Positions 10,690-20,268 of a stretch of DNA of 64,000 bases are shown here, one piece after another (the stretch's first letter is position 1; every line of letters begins with the position of its first letter). Made by a program: the position numbers and the translations under genes. Below the pieces are notes generated by a model that made no database searches, was not told the origin of the DNA, and was given only the letters and a program-made list of their open reading frames with translations. Origin of the DNA: a virus; IMG/VR virus record IMGVR_UViG_3300046464_000709, positions 1 to 64,000 of that record; one strand, 5' to 3'.

Positions 10690-10714
10690 CTTTAATGATA
10701 TTATAAACTATACT
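10686..10714 (+). promoter_or_regulatory. sigma70-type promoter (leaderless start)
   Basis: TTGACT-N17-TATACT, GTG start 6 nt later. Confidence 0.7.
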
Positions 10715-10720
10715 AGTTTA

Positions 10721-11053
10721 GTGAAAAAACTAAACAAGAAAGATTTAATTAAAAAAATAGTCGAAGAGCCAAGCAAAGGAAAGCGAATGTTTTGGGCTAG
10801 AGAGATGAAACTCTTGAATGACCTTATGAAAATGTTCCCGAATGAAAACTTCTGGCAAAGGATGACAATCAGCAAGGTACCTTCTCTGGCCATGCTTAGG
10901 TCTGAACACGGTCTATCTAAAATCAAAAAAAAATATTTAGACTTTAATTATAAAATTCCTTCTAAAAAAGAAATACCGCTTGGAGAAAAAACAGGAGAAG
11001 ACAAGATAATCTCGAAAAAAACAAAAACAATTAGACAATTTATAGATGAGTAA
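10721..11053 (+). CDS. Basic hypothetical protein
   Basis: 110 aa, Lys-rich, overlaps recA start. Confidence 0.65.
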   Translation: MKKLNKKDLIKKIVEEPSKGKRMFWAREMKLLNDLMKMFPNENFWQRMTISKVPSLAMLRSEHGLSKIKKKYLDFNYKIPSKKEIPLGEKTGEDKIISKKTKTIRQFIDE

Positions 11054-12152
11054 AACAAAAGAAGTTCAAACAACAGACCAAATAGCAAAATTCCTATCAG
11101 ATAAAGATAATAAAAAATATCATTATAATTTTCACGAGTCGGAAGAGTATAAAATTCCAAGCGGAAGCTTAAATCTAGACATCGCATTAGGAGGAGGCTT
11201 GCCAAGTGGAGCTCATAGATTCACAGGAATCAATGAGGGAGGAAAGACTAGCTGTGCAATGGCATTCGCAAGAAACTTTCAAAAGCATTTTGGAAAAAAA
11301 GGAATGGTAATCTACATAAAAAGCGAAGGTAGATTCAGTCCAGAAATGATAGAAAGAACAGGAATTGACACTGATCCTGAAAAATTCTTTTGCTTTGATT
11401 GTAATATATTTGAGAAAGTCTTCGAATTGGTTAGAGAGTTGGTATTTAATAATGAAGACGACAAGAAATATATGTTCATTATTGATAGCGTTGATGCGCT
11501 TTGCAGAGTTGGAGACATAGATAAGCCTTTCGCTGAATCAGAGCAAGTTGCGGGAGGAGCATTAATAACCTCTGTATTCTTAAAGAAAATGGTTTTACCT
11601 ATTAGCAAAATGGGGCATACATTAATACTAACAAGTCAAGTTAGAGTAGAAGTGGCCACAAATCCATATGCAGCGAGGGGAGGCCCTAAAGTCAAGCAGG
11701 CAGGAGGCAACGCCATAAAACATTATGCCAATTTTATACTCGAATTCGAGGAAAGGTACTCTTCGGATCTAATATTTAAAAACCCTACCGCAACAAGATT
11801 AGATGAAAAAGGGGAGCCTATAGGGCACTACTGTAAAGTAAAGTTCAGAAAAAGCGTAAATGAAAAAACTGGGTCTACGGCAAGGTACCCAATTAAATAC
11901 GGAGAGAAAAACGGCAAGTCAGTATGGAGAGCTAGAGAAATACTTGACATGTTATATCTATTTAATTTAATAACAAAAAAGGGGGCATGGATTTCCGTTT
12001 CAGAAGAATTAATAAAAGAAGTTTCAGATAAAAAATTAGAAATAAATGAAAAGTTTCAAGGAGAGCAGCGATTAATAGACTTCCTCGAAGAAAATGAAAA
12101 GCTCTCCGACTTTCTATATCAAGATTTTAAGAAATTAACAAATGCGCTTTAA
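11046..12152 (+). CDS. recA: RecA/UvsX-like recombinase
   Basis: IPSGSLNLDIALGGGLP, Walker A GINEGGKT, Walker B IIDSVDAL, AGGNAIKHYA, KKGAW. Confidence 0.9.
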   Translation: MSKTKEVQTTDQIAKFLSDKDNKKYHYNFHESEEYKIPSGSLNLDIALGGGLPSGAHRFTGINEGGKTSCAMAFARNFQKHFGKKGMVIYIKSEGRFSPEMIERTGIDTDPEKFFCFDCNIFEKVFELVRELVFNNEDDKKYMFIIDSVDALCRVGDIDKPFAESEQVAGGALITSVFLKKMVLPISKMGHTLILTSQVRVEVATNPYAARGGPKVKQAGGNAIKHYANFILEFEERYSSDLIFKNPTATRLDEKGEPIGHYCKVKFRKSVNEKTGSTARYPIKYGEKNGKSVWRAREILDMLYLFNLITKKGAWISVSEELIKEVSDKKLEINEKFQGEQRLIDFLEENEKLSDFLYQDFKKLTNAL

Positions 12153-12552
12153 CACTCTAACCGGAGCAAAAAGAGCTGTAAAAAAACCTAAAAAATTCTT
12201 AATAGATTGGGACGGAAAAAGCAGAAGTAAAATACAGTTTTCTGCGAAACAATTCCTTAAAAAATACTGGTCAAAGCATGTAGTTTTTGAAGAATTTCCG
12301 GTCGCAGGAACCAAACTCTCTTTAGATTTTTATAACGCCAACAAAAAGATAGCTGTGGAGGTTCAAGGTAAACAGCACACAAAATACGTACCTTTTTTTC
12401 ACGGCAAAAATAAAATTAATTATATTAACCAATTAAAAAGAGATCAAGACAAATTAAAGTTTTGCGAAATAAACGACATACAGCTTGTAGAAATCTACGA
12501 CGGAGAAGAAGTTAATGAAAAACTTTTCCAAAATTTTGGGGTTATTTTGTAG
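12142..12552 (+). CDS. PD-(D/E)XK / Vsr-like endonuclease
   Basis: EEFP..LSLDFY..KIAVEVQGKQH..RDQDKLKFC pattern. Confidence 0.75.
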   Translation: MRFNTLTGAKRAVKKPKKFLIDWDGKSRSKIQFSAKQFLKKYWSKHVVFEEFPVAGTKLSLDFYNANKKIAVEVQGKQHTKYVPFFHGKNKINYINQLKRDQDKLKFCEINDIQLVEIYDGEEVNEKLFQNFGVIL

Positions 12553-12569
12553 TTTGTGTAATATATAAT

Positions 12570-12851
12570 ATGAGCGACGAATTTATTGACCCAGAAAACC
12601 TTTCAAGATTTAATTTGCCAGAAAGTATGATATCCCAACTATTCGAATTCACTGGATCCTCTGGAGGAGACAGCGGTTTTATTTTATCATATGTCAACCA
12701 AGAGGGATTGCCCGCAGTAATAACAAAAGCAAACTCTCCTATAGTAGAAATGGGCTTAAGAAAAGCTCTTGAGCAATACTTAGAACAGGTTTCCTCCCAG
12801 GAAATTGAATTAAATTTCCCCCCAGATTTCGGAGACGAAGAAAGCCCTTGA
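12570..12851 (+). CDS. Acidic hypothetical protein
   Basis: 93 aa; GTGTA 9 nt upstream. Confidence 0.65.
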   Translation: MSDEFIDPENLSRFNLPESMISQLFEFTGSSGGDSGFILSYVNQEGLPAVITKANSPIVEMGLRKALEQYLEQVSSQEIELNFPPDFGDEESP

Positions 12852-12876
12852 CTTTTTAAGCTAGCTGTGATACCAT
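12848..12876 (+). promoter_or_regulatory. sigma70-type promoter of dnaB (leaderless)
   Basis: TTGACT-N17-TACCAT with extended -10 TG; ATG 6 nt later. Confidence 0.65.
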
Positions 12877-12882
12877 GTAATT

Positions 12883-14397
12883 ATGGTATATTCACATGAA
12901 CTAGAACAGCATTTGATAGCAGGGTTAATAAAATACCCAGAAAGCTATCCCCTAATCGCAGCCTTTATTGATCAAGAAGATTTTTACGATAAGAATACAA
13001 TAGTCAACAAAACAATTTTTTGCGTACTAAGGCAAGCTCTCGAAGCTAGCGATGCACTTGATGAAGTATTGCTTTCTCAAAGAGTTCAAGCATTAAACAT
13101 ATCATTCGAGGATAATATAAATATAGCAGACTACATCAAAGCTCTATCAATGAGGCAAATATCAAAAGAAGGAGTACTAAAGGCTGCGCAAGAGCTTAAA
13201 AAAATAACCGTAAGAAGAGAAATTCATAATGCGTCCGTGGAAGTCGCTAAAAATATGAAAAGCATGCCCCCTAGCGCCTCATTTGATGATATAGTAAGCG
13301 AAGCAGACAAGATATACAACGACAAGATCAACCTTTACGAGATGGGCTCGAGCAAGCCCGAAAATTTATTCGAAGACATGGAGGACTTTATTGAAGAAAG
13401 GGGAAACAATCCAATTGATGAATTTGGACTGATGGGCCCGCACGAAAGAGTTAACGATCTTTACGGCTCACTTTTCAGGCCTGGCAATATTGCTGTAGTA
13501 GTAGCGAGGGCTGGAGTAGGAAAAACTCAGTTTTGTATGGACTTTTGCACGAAAGTTTCAGCGCTCAATGATCATGTCCCAATTCTGCATTTTGACAACG
13601 GAGAGATGAGCAAAGAAGAACTTATAATTCGCCAGTGTTCTGCGCTTTCTGGCGTACCAATGCACCTGCTAGAAACTGGAAGATGGAGGCAGGCAGGAGA
13701 AGAGGTTATAGAAAAAGTAAGAAGCACATGGGTAAAAGTAAAAAACTTCAAATTCTACTATTACAATGTCGCAGGGCACAGTATAGATAGCATGTTGAAT
13801 ATTATTCGTAGGTTTTACTACTCAGAAGTAGGTAGAGGCAACCCCATGATTTTTAGCTTCGATTATATAAAAACAACATACGAGCGACAAAACGGAGCAA
13901 GTAGCTGGGAGACTGTAGGAAGAATGGTTGACAAGTTCAAACAGTTAATACAAAAAGAATTATGTTTCAACGGTAAGCCTGCAGTAGCAATGCTAACCAG
14001 TGTACAAAGTAATAGGTTAGGAATAACAAACAACAGGAGCGCCAATAATGTAGTTGACGACGAAAGTATAGTGTCTTTATCAGATCAAATTACACAATTC
14101 TGCTCGCACCTATTTCTACTGAGACAAAAAACAATGGACGAAATACAAGAGGAGCCCGATGATTTTGGAACTCATAAGTTGATATGTTTAAAATATAGAT
14201 GGTTAGGCAAAGATGTTCACAGAGCCCTTCAGCCTGTAGAAATGCCGGACGGAAGCAAAAAGAAAAATTACATAAACCTGCATATGGAAAATTTCTCTAT
14301 ATCAGAAAAAGGAGACCTTCAAGACATGGTCGAACACATGGATTCGGAAGGAGTTGGAGCTCTCAGGGGGGTTGCAGATGAAGTACCAAGCTTGTAA
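12883..14397 (+). CDS. dnaB: Replicative DNA helicase DnaB
   Basis: N-terminal LEQHLIAGLI, Walker A ARAGVGKT, GEMSKEEL, FDYI, SVQSNR. Confidence 0.9.
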   Translation: MVYSHELEQHLIAGLIKYPESYPLIAAFIDQEDFYDKNTIVNKTIFCVLRQALEASDALDEVLLSQRVQALNISFEDNINIADYIKALSMRQISKEGVLKAAQELKKITVRREIHNASVEVAKNMKSMPPSASFDDIVSEADKIYNDKINLYEMGSSKPENLFEDMEDFIEERGNNPIDEFGLMGPHERVNDLYGSLFRPGNIAVVVARAGVGKTQFCMDFCTKVSALNDHVPILHFDNGEMSKEELIIRQCSALSGVPMHLLETGRWRQAGEEVIEKVRSTWVKVKNFKFYYYNVAGHSIDSMLNIIRRFYYSEVGRGNPMIFSFDYIKTTYERQNGASSWETVGRMVDKFKQLIQKELCFNGKPAVAMLTSVQSNRLGITNNRSANNVVDDESIVSLSDQITQFCSHLFLLRQKTMDEIQEEPDDFGTHKLICLKYRWLGKDVHRALQPVEMPDGSKKKNYINLHMENFSISEKGDLQDMVEHMDSEGVGALRGVADEVPSL

Positions 14398-14398
14398 A

Positions 14399-15433
14399 AT
14401 GTCCCCCGAAAAAATAAAAGAGTCCTTAATGCAGCTAGGATATAAACTAGCTGATCGAGGGTCTTATTGGCAAACTAATGCGTTATTCAGGAATGGAGAT
14501 AATAAGACGGCCATACAAATTTATAAAAACACCGGAGTATGGAAGGATCACGTTCAAGATAGCTCTTTTTCTCCGTTTAAAAGGCTTATAGAAATAACCT
14601 TAGGAACTAATGATAAAAAGTCTATAGAACAATATATTGAAGAGGATAACATAGGATCAAATTACAATAAATTAACATTCCCAGAAAAACTAGAAATGGA
14701 AGAAATATATCCAGACAAATGCCTAGAAAGGCTACTACCGCATTATAAATTCTACAACGATAAAGGCATTTCCACTCAGCACCTGGAAAAACTTAAATCA
14801 GGCTACGCAACAAGTGGAAAATTAAATAATAGGTTCGTGTTTCCCATCTACAACGAGCACGAACAAATACACGGCTTCTCAGGTAGAGACATGAATAGCT
14901 TCGGCGACAGGCCCAAATGGAAACATGTTGGCAGAAAAAAAAGCTGGATATATCCACTTTATACAGACAAAGAGGTGAGAGACTCTATCGAAAAAACCAA
15001 GGAGCTGATTTTAGTTGAAAGTATCGGAGACTTGCTAAACCTAAACGAGAATGGTTACAAGAATGTTTTGGTAACCTTTGGTTTAGATATATCAACAAAG
15101 TTAATCTGCGCAACTTTATCTTTAAACATAGATAGATTAATCATAAGCTTAAACAATGACTCTCAGTCAGAAAGAAACAGGGGTCTAGAATCAAGCATTA
15201 AAAACTATTTAAAGTTATTAAACTATTATGACCCAGACAAGATAGTAATATGCCTACCAACTGCCAAAGATTTTGGAGAAATGTCTTCGGACAATTTTAA
15301 TTCTTGGAACAAAAAGCTATTATCTCTAGAACCAAAAACACAACAAAAATTCATCATTAAAAAAATAAATGAAATATATAAAACATTGCCTAAAACTTTA
15401 TTAAAAAATAAAAAAATAATAACCAATGAGTGA
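14399..15433 (+). CDS. dnaG: DnaG-like primase (TOPRIM)
   Basis: NRFVFPIYN..IHGFSGR, LVESIGDLL, LNND, KDFGE; ATG 14399 right after dnaB stop. Confidence 0.8.
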   Translation: MSPEKIKESLMQLGYKLADRGSYWQTNALFRNGDNKTAIQIYKNTGVWKDHVQDSSFSPFKRLIEITLGTNDKKSIEQYIEEDNIGSNYNKLTFPEKLEMEEIYPDKCLERLLPHYKFYNDKGISTQHLEKLKSGYATSGKLNNRFVFPIYNEHEQIHGFSGRDMNSFGDRPKWKHVGRKKSWIYPLYTDKEVRDSIEKTKELILVESIGDLLNLNENGYKNVLVTFGLDISTKLICATLSLNIDRLIISLNNDSQSERNRGLESSIKNYLKLLNYYDPDKIVICLPTAKDFGEMSSDNFNSWNKKLLSLEPKTQQKFIIKKINEIYKTLPKTLLKNKKIITNE

Positions 15434-16505
15434 ACTAACCAAATTATCCGCGAGTAGAATAAAAACAGCACAAACCTGCAGTTGGACTTATTGGTGCAAT
15501 TACAAGCTAAAACTTCCAGATTCAGGAAATGATGGATCAAGTCGAGGAACAATCTGCCATAACATATTTGAACTTTTAGGCGACAAGCATAAACGTGAAT
15601 ATAATAAAATAATAAAAGATGGAACAATCTGGAACACTGAAGTTGTGTCCGCGCAAGTAAAGAAAGAGGCTGAAGATCTTGCAGTGAGCGACCCTGAGAA
15701 CATGGAGCTTATTGATGAAATGATTGTAAATGGATTAAGATGCGACTTTTTTGGAGACGAAAACGAAAAACCTTTAATTGCAGAATCCGAAAGGTTCTTT
15801 GATTTGGAAATAAATAAACCTGAGCAAGGAATTAGATATGCAGTGAGGGGCTATATAGACAAACTTTTTGTATACAAAGATAATTCTGTAATAATTAGAG
15901 ACTTCAAAAGCAGCAAGCAAGTCTTTAAAGGTAAAGAAATTACCGACAATTTACAAAACTTAATATACTGCCTAGCAATAAAACATTTAATGCCAGAAAC
16001 AGAACCTCAAAGCGAATTCTTATTTCTTCGATTTGACCTAGATAGAGATCTTCTTGGCAATTCAGGAAAAGGGCGAATGAAGATGGATAAAATATCTACC
16101 GAAGAGCTAGAAGGGTTTGAGTACCAACTGACACAGTTTCAGGAATACCTAGATAACTTTGACGAAACATCAGCCAAAAGCAATCTTGCCGCAAAACAAG
16201 ATTACCCTAAAGACGGAACTTTTGGAGGTCCTCTTGCCTGTGGTAAAGACGGTTATAAAATGTCAAGAGGTCAACCGGTTTTAGATAAAAACGGAGAGCC
16301 CATCAAGGCATTCATTTGTCCATTTCGCAAGCCGCGAGAATATTGGGCTCTAAAAGATGCCGACGGAAACGTTAAGAAGACAGCCTTTCCGGAAAATAAG
16401 CACGAACTAAAGCTTGAAGATGGAGACGAAATTGTTAATATGAATTATGAAGGATGTCCCCACTGGGAAAATAAAGTTAAAATAGATGACTTCCTCGACG
16501 GATAA
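15426..16505 (+). CDS. PD-(D/E)XK (RecB/Cas4-like) exonuclease
   Basis: LSASRIKTAQTC, GTICHNIFE, RGYIDKL, IIRDFKS, QNLIY, C-terminal cysteines. Confidence 0.8.
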   Translation: MSELTKLSASRIKTAQTCSWTYWCNYKLKLPDSGNDGSSRGTICHNIFELLGDKHKREYNKIIKDGTIWNTEVVSAQVKKEAEDLAVSDPENMELIDEMIVNGLRCDFFGDENEKPLIAESERFFDLEINKPEQGIRYAVRGYIDKLFVYKDNSVIIRDFKSSKQVFKGKEITDNLQNLIYCLAIKHLMPETEPQSEFLFLRFDLDRDLLGNSGKGRMKMDKISTEELEGFEYQLTQFQEYLDNFDETSAKSNLAAKQDYPKDGTFGGPLACGKDGYKMSRGQPVLDKNGEPIKAFICPFRKPREYWALKDADGNVKKTAFPENKHELKLEDGDEIVNMNYEGCPHWENKVKIDDFLDG

Positions 16506-16896
16506 GTATGACGCAGCAGGGTTGCTTGCAAAACTAGACAATTTGGTACTACTGGGCAAAAGGTCTAAAATTTGCGCTAACCTCCCCGGATATTGGTCGC
16601 TACCCTGCGGAGCTGTAGAAAGGGGAGAGTCTCCATCTGAGGCCTGCATTAGAGAATTTAAAGAGGAAACAGGAATAAACGTCTCGAGCGAAATAAAATA
16701 CCTCAATTCATTCCCAATGGAAAACGGGGGCACTTTTTACGCATATTTCACGAACATAAAATCTTTAATCTTTCCAAGTAATGAGGCTATAGACTCAATA
16801 GAGCACGAAGAATGGGGCTTCTTTAAGATACAGGAAAATTCCCTGCCAGAGCCAATGACAACGGAAACAAAAGAAACAATTTTAAAACTAAAATGA
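16486..16896 (+). CDS. NUDIX hydrolase
   Basis: Nudix box GAVERGESPSEACIREFKEETGI. Confidence 0.85.
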   Translation: MTSSTDKYDAAGLLAKLDNLVLLGKRSKICANLPGYWSLPCGAVERGESPSEACIREFKEETGINVSSEIKYLNSFPMENGGTFYAYFTNIKSLIFPSNEAIDSIEHEEWGFFKIQENSLPEPMTTETKETILKLK

Positions 16897-17924
16897 AAAA
16901 AGTAATAGTAACAGGGGTAACGGGCCAAGACGGAAGTCATATGGTGGATTATTTATTAAAGAATACGGATCATGAAATATATGGTTCGGCGAGAAGGTTG
17001 AGTGTTAAAAATCACGAGAACATTTTGCATCTAGAAAATGAGCCGCGATTTCACTTGATTGACATGGATTTAAATGATGCTCACAGCATGCGCGACGTGA
17101 TACTTGATATCAAGCCCGACTACTTTATCAATTTTGCCGCGCAATCATTTGTTGCTGGCAGTTGGAATTACCCAATTCAAACATGGGACACTGACGCAGA
17201 TGCAGTGCTACATATTCTTGAATCAATTCGTAGATTTGTTCCTGATTGTAAATTTTATAATGCTGGATCAAGCGAAGAGTTTGGCGACGTCGTAACAAAC
17301 CCTCAAAACGAAGATCACCCCCTGCGACCACAAAGCCCTTATGGCGCAGCAAAATGCGCAGCTAGGCACCTTGTGCGCGTCTACAGAGAGTCTTACAACC
17401 TCTACGCTGTCCAAGGTTGGCTGTTTAATCATGAAGGAAGTCGTCGCGGCCTTGATTTTGTGACTCGTAAAATTTCTCACACAGTAGCAAGAATAAAAAT
17501 TGCTCTAGAATCAAACAAAACAATCCCTATTTTAAAACTTGGAAACATTGAAGCTCAACGCGACTGGAGTGACGCAGAAGACTTTATGGAAGGTGTTTGG
17601 TTAATGCTCAATCAAAAGGCTCCAAAAAATTATGTATTGGGTAGTGGCGAGATGCACACAGTACGCGAATTTCTTGAAGAAGCTCTAAAATGCGCAAACA
17701 TCGAATTTGAATCGCGAGGCACAGAAGCTGATGAAAAATATTACACTAAAGATGGTATATTAATTTTTGAAGTTGATCCTAAGTTTTATCGACCCGCAGA
17801 AGTGTACGAATTGTGCGGTGATTCAACGCTCGCAGAAAACGAAATGGGTTGGGTGCGCAAAACAGATTTTACCGGACTTGTTAGAAAAATGTATCAAAGT
17901 GATTATATGCTCCTAACAAGGTAA
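16893..17924 (+). CDS. gmd: GDP-mannose 4,6-dehydratase
   Basis: TGVTGQDGS, AAQSFV, SSEEFG, SPYGAAK, FNHE..RRG..FVTRK, RDW, YRPAEV. Confidence 0.92.
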   Translation: MKKVIVTGVTGQDGSHMVDYLLKNTDHEIYGSARRLSVKNHENILHLENEPRFHLIDMDLNDAHSMRDVILDIKPDYFINFAAQSFVAGSWNYPIQTWDTDADAVLHILESIRRFVPDCKFYNAGSSEEFGDVVTNPQNEDHPLRPQSPYGAAKCAARHLVRVYRESYNLYAVQGWLFNHEGSRRGLDFVTRKISHTVARIKIALESNKTIPILKLGNIEAQRDWSDAEDFMEGVWLMLNQKAPKNYVLGSGEMHTVREFLEEALKCANIEFESRGTEADEKYYTKDGILIFEVDPKFYRPAEVYELCGDSTLAENEMGWVRKTDFTGLVRKMYQSDYMLLTR

Positions 17925-17953
17925 AAATAAAAAAAATCGTGTAAATAATATTT

Positions 17954-18994
17954 ATGGAAAATCAAAACAACAACTTCTCAGATAGAGTATTAAATGCCTT
18001 GAAACAAAAAGTCGTTGCGCATAATGCAAAATATTCCCAAAAAGTAACACTTTCTCAGTTACAAAAAGTATATCGTCGCGGATCAGAAATGTTTAGCGAG
18101 TTTGGTCGCCCCGGTAAATCTCGAGGCCAATGGGCCATCGCCAGGGCAAATATGTTTTTAAAAATGATTCAAGGATCAAGCGTTAAGGATAGCTACCGCA
18201 AAGCAGATCAAGATATCGCTGAAGCCGGAATAATTGTTGACGACGGGATTCGCGAAGAATCTAAATTGTTTAACGAGGAAGATTTAATTCAAGCCAAACT
18301 TGACATTAAAAATTATCAACTCCAAGAAGACCCAAGCTTCACAAATGAAATGTGGAGCACTATATTCATTGAGACAGACGAACTTGGGTTTGAAGAGTAT
18401 ATCGACGAACAAAGCTGGGCTTCAGAAAAAAATAAAGGTAAAAAATTAAACAAACCATTCAGAACATCTAAAGGGCCTAAGAAATTTTCGGTTTATGTTA
18501 AGAATGAAAAAGGAAATGTTGTAAAAGTTAATTTTGGCGACCCCAACATGGAAATCAAACGGGATGATCCTGCTCGCAGAAAAAGTTTTAGAGCTAGACA
18601 TAATTGCGAAAACCCTGGACCCAAAACAAAAGCTCGCTATTGGAGTTGTAAAATGTGGTCCAAAAAAAGCGTTACCAAAATGACTAAGGGCGAAGAGGTA
18701 GAAAACGAAGTAGAAGAAGAAACAGAAGAGGTTATCGAAGCTAAAAACGGACTATGGGACAATATCAGAAAAAAGAAAAAAAGAATGGGCAAAAAATATA
18801 AAGCTGCAAAACCTGGAGATAAAGATCGCCCAAGTAAAAAAGCGTGGAAGAAAGCTCAGTCAGCGGACGAAGAGAAAGATTTCAAGCCTCACATGATGTA
18901 TGACAAAAAAACAGGCAAGCCAATCAAGGCTGAAACATACAAGCAACATCTAGAACTAAAAGAAAAAGGGTTCACTCATGAAAAGCCAAAATAA
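17954..18994 (+). CDS. Mosaic basic phage protein (possible internal virion protein)
   Basis: Concatenated short phage modules: LQKVYRRG..QWAIARAN; VKVNFGDPNMEIKRDDPARRKSFRARHNC..ARYWSC; GLWDNIRKK; FKPHMMYD; GTGTA 10 nt upstream. Confidence 0.65.
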   Translation: MENQNNNFSDRVLNALKQKVVAHNAKYSQKVTLSQLQKVYRRGSEMFSEFGRPGKSRGQWAIARANMFLKMIQGSSVKDSYRKADQDIAEAGIIVDDGIREESKLFNEEDLIQAKLDIKNYQLQEDPSFTNEMWSTIFIETDELGFEEYIDEQSWASEKNKGKKLNKPFRTSKGPKKFSVYVKNEKGNVVKVNFGDPNMEIKRDDPARRKSFRARHNCENPGPKTKARYWSCKMWSKKSVTKMTKGEEVENEVEEETEEVIEAKNGLWDNIRKKKKRMGKKYKAAKPGDKDRPSKKAWKKAQSADEEKDFKPHMMYDKKTGKPIKAETYKQHLELKEKGFTHEKPK

Positions 18995-19021
18995 CAAAAG
19001 GTAAACAATTTAACCCCCCCC

Positions 19022-19058
19022 AAAAAAAGCCCTACTAGACCCTGGTAGGGCTTTTTTT
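19022..19058. terminator. Intrinsic terminator (bidirectional)
   Basis: A7-GCCCTACTA-gaccc-TGGTAGGGC-T7. Confidence 0.85.
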
Positions 19059-19073
19059 GGCACGATTATAGCA
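19058..19073 (+). promoter_or_regulatory. Putative sigma54 (-24/-12) promoter for the Hsp20 gene
   Basis: TGGCACG-ATTA-TAGCA; GG-N10-GC spacing exact, one mismatch to TGGCACGNNNNTTGCW. Confidence 0.6.
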
Positions 19074-19161
19074 AATATAATATTGTAAATTCATTAATTC
19101 AATGTTTATTGAGACACATTTACACACCATATATAAACAACAATCAAAACAAGGAGACAAT

Positions 19162-19563
19162 ATGTCATATTATATTAAAAATAAAAAAACTAATTCTTTA
19201 GATTCTTTCTTAAATTCTTTATTAGATGATCTTTACCACGAAGACTTAAAAGCTCAAAGAAAATCTAACATTATAAATCAAGAAGACTCTATTGTTATAG
19301 AAATTGAAGCAACAGGCTTAAGCAAAAAAGAAATAGAGATACAGGCTATAGAAAACGTATTACATGTATCATACGAAAATAAAAAAGAAGATACAAAAAA
19401 ATACTCTCAACAACAAATATCATTCGATTCATTTGAAAATAAATATAAATTACAAAACGACATGGATTCAAAAAATATATCCGCCACAATGAACAACGGA
19501 TTATTGAATATAAAAATACCTAAAATTAAAAATAAAACAAGTTCAAGAATAAAAATAACTTGA
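19162..19563 (+). CDS. Small heat-shock protein (Hsp20)
   Basis: IEIEATGLSKKEIEI..LHVS..FENKYKL..ISATMNNGLLNIKIPK; SD AAGGAG before ATG 19162. Confidence 0.85.
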   Translation: MSYYIKNKKTNSLDSFLNSLLDDLYHEDLKAQRKSNIINQEDSIVIEIEATGLSKKEIEIQAIENVLHVSYENKKEDTKKYSQQQISFDSFENKYKLQNDMDSKNISATMNNGLLNIKIPKIKNKTSSRIKIT

Positions 19564-19588
19564 CATTTGATTGAATATAGTATATTAT
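19560..19588 (+). promoter_or_regulatory. sigma70-type promoter
   Basis: TTGACA-N17-TATTAT upstream of the porin gene. Confidence 0.65.
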
Positions 19589-19604
19589 ATAGCTCTTTAA
19601 CATT

Positions 19605-20258
19605 ATGAAGACAACAAAATTAATTATTACAACCCTTCTAGGGTTTTTCATTAACGCCGCATCTGCAGGAAATTTTTCTCTGGAGACAAAATACGCTTCT
19701 GATTATTTCTTTCGAGGAACGCTTCAGGCAGAAGAATCTGTGCAAGCTGGACTCGGAATTAGCGGGAAAGTTTCTGGAGTAGATTATTCCGCAAAAGCTT
19801 TCACAAATCAATCAGTTAATACTGGGACAGATTCTTATATTTTTGCAGGAGGCATCTCTAGCAGTTTTATGGAATCTCTAGCAGAGGTTTATCTCGGATT
19901 AAACCACGTAGAGAATGTTTCTGGAGAAGCTGCCTTAGAGGCAAACTTAGCAGTATCTCTTGACACGGTCTTAAGCCCAACGCTAAGCCTTTTCAGAGAT
20001 CTGGATGATTCTCTTTATACCTCTGAATTATCAATCTCTCACACCTTTAACTCGGAAATCTGTGATCTGACAGCTTCAGCATCTGCAGGGAATACCGACG
20101 TTTCAAACTCTGAGGATAACACATATTATACAGCGGGCCTTGAGGCTTCTAGGTCATTAGGAGAAAAATCTTCAGTGGGCCTCAGCCTATTAAGGGTAGA
20201 CTCGGAATCAATTGGCGACGAATACGTAGTTGGATTGGGAATCTCAACACAATTCTAA
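19605..20258 (+). CDS. Outer-membrane beta-barrel protein (TorF/Gcw_chp-like porin)
   Basis: Sec signal ending AASA, ASDYFFRG..Q..VQAG motif, amphipathic strands, C-terminal Phe. Confidence 0.75.
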   Translation: MKTTKLIITTLLGFFINAASAGNFSLETKYASDYFFRGTLQAEESVQAGLGISGKVSGVDYSAKAFTNQSVNTGTDSYIFAGGISSSFMESLAEVYLGLNHVENVSGEAALEANLAVSLDTVLSPTLSLFRDLDDSLYTSELSISHTFNSEICDLTASASAGNTDVSNSEDNTYYTAGLEASRSLGEKSSVGLSLLRVDSESIGDEYVVGLGISTQF

Positions 20259-20268
20259 TAAAAAAATT

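Noticed and set aside
15426-16505. Cas4 as evidence of a CRISPR system
   Set aside because: Solo RecB/Cas4-like nucleases are common in phage replication modules; no other cas genes
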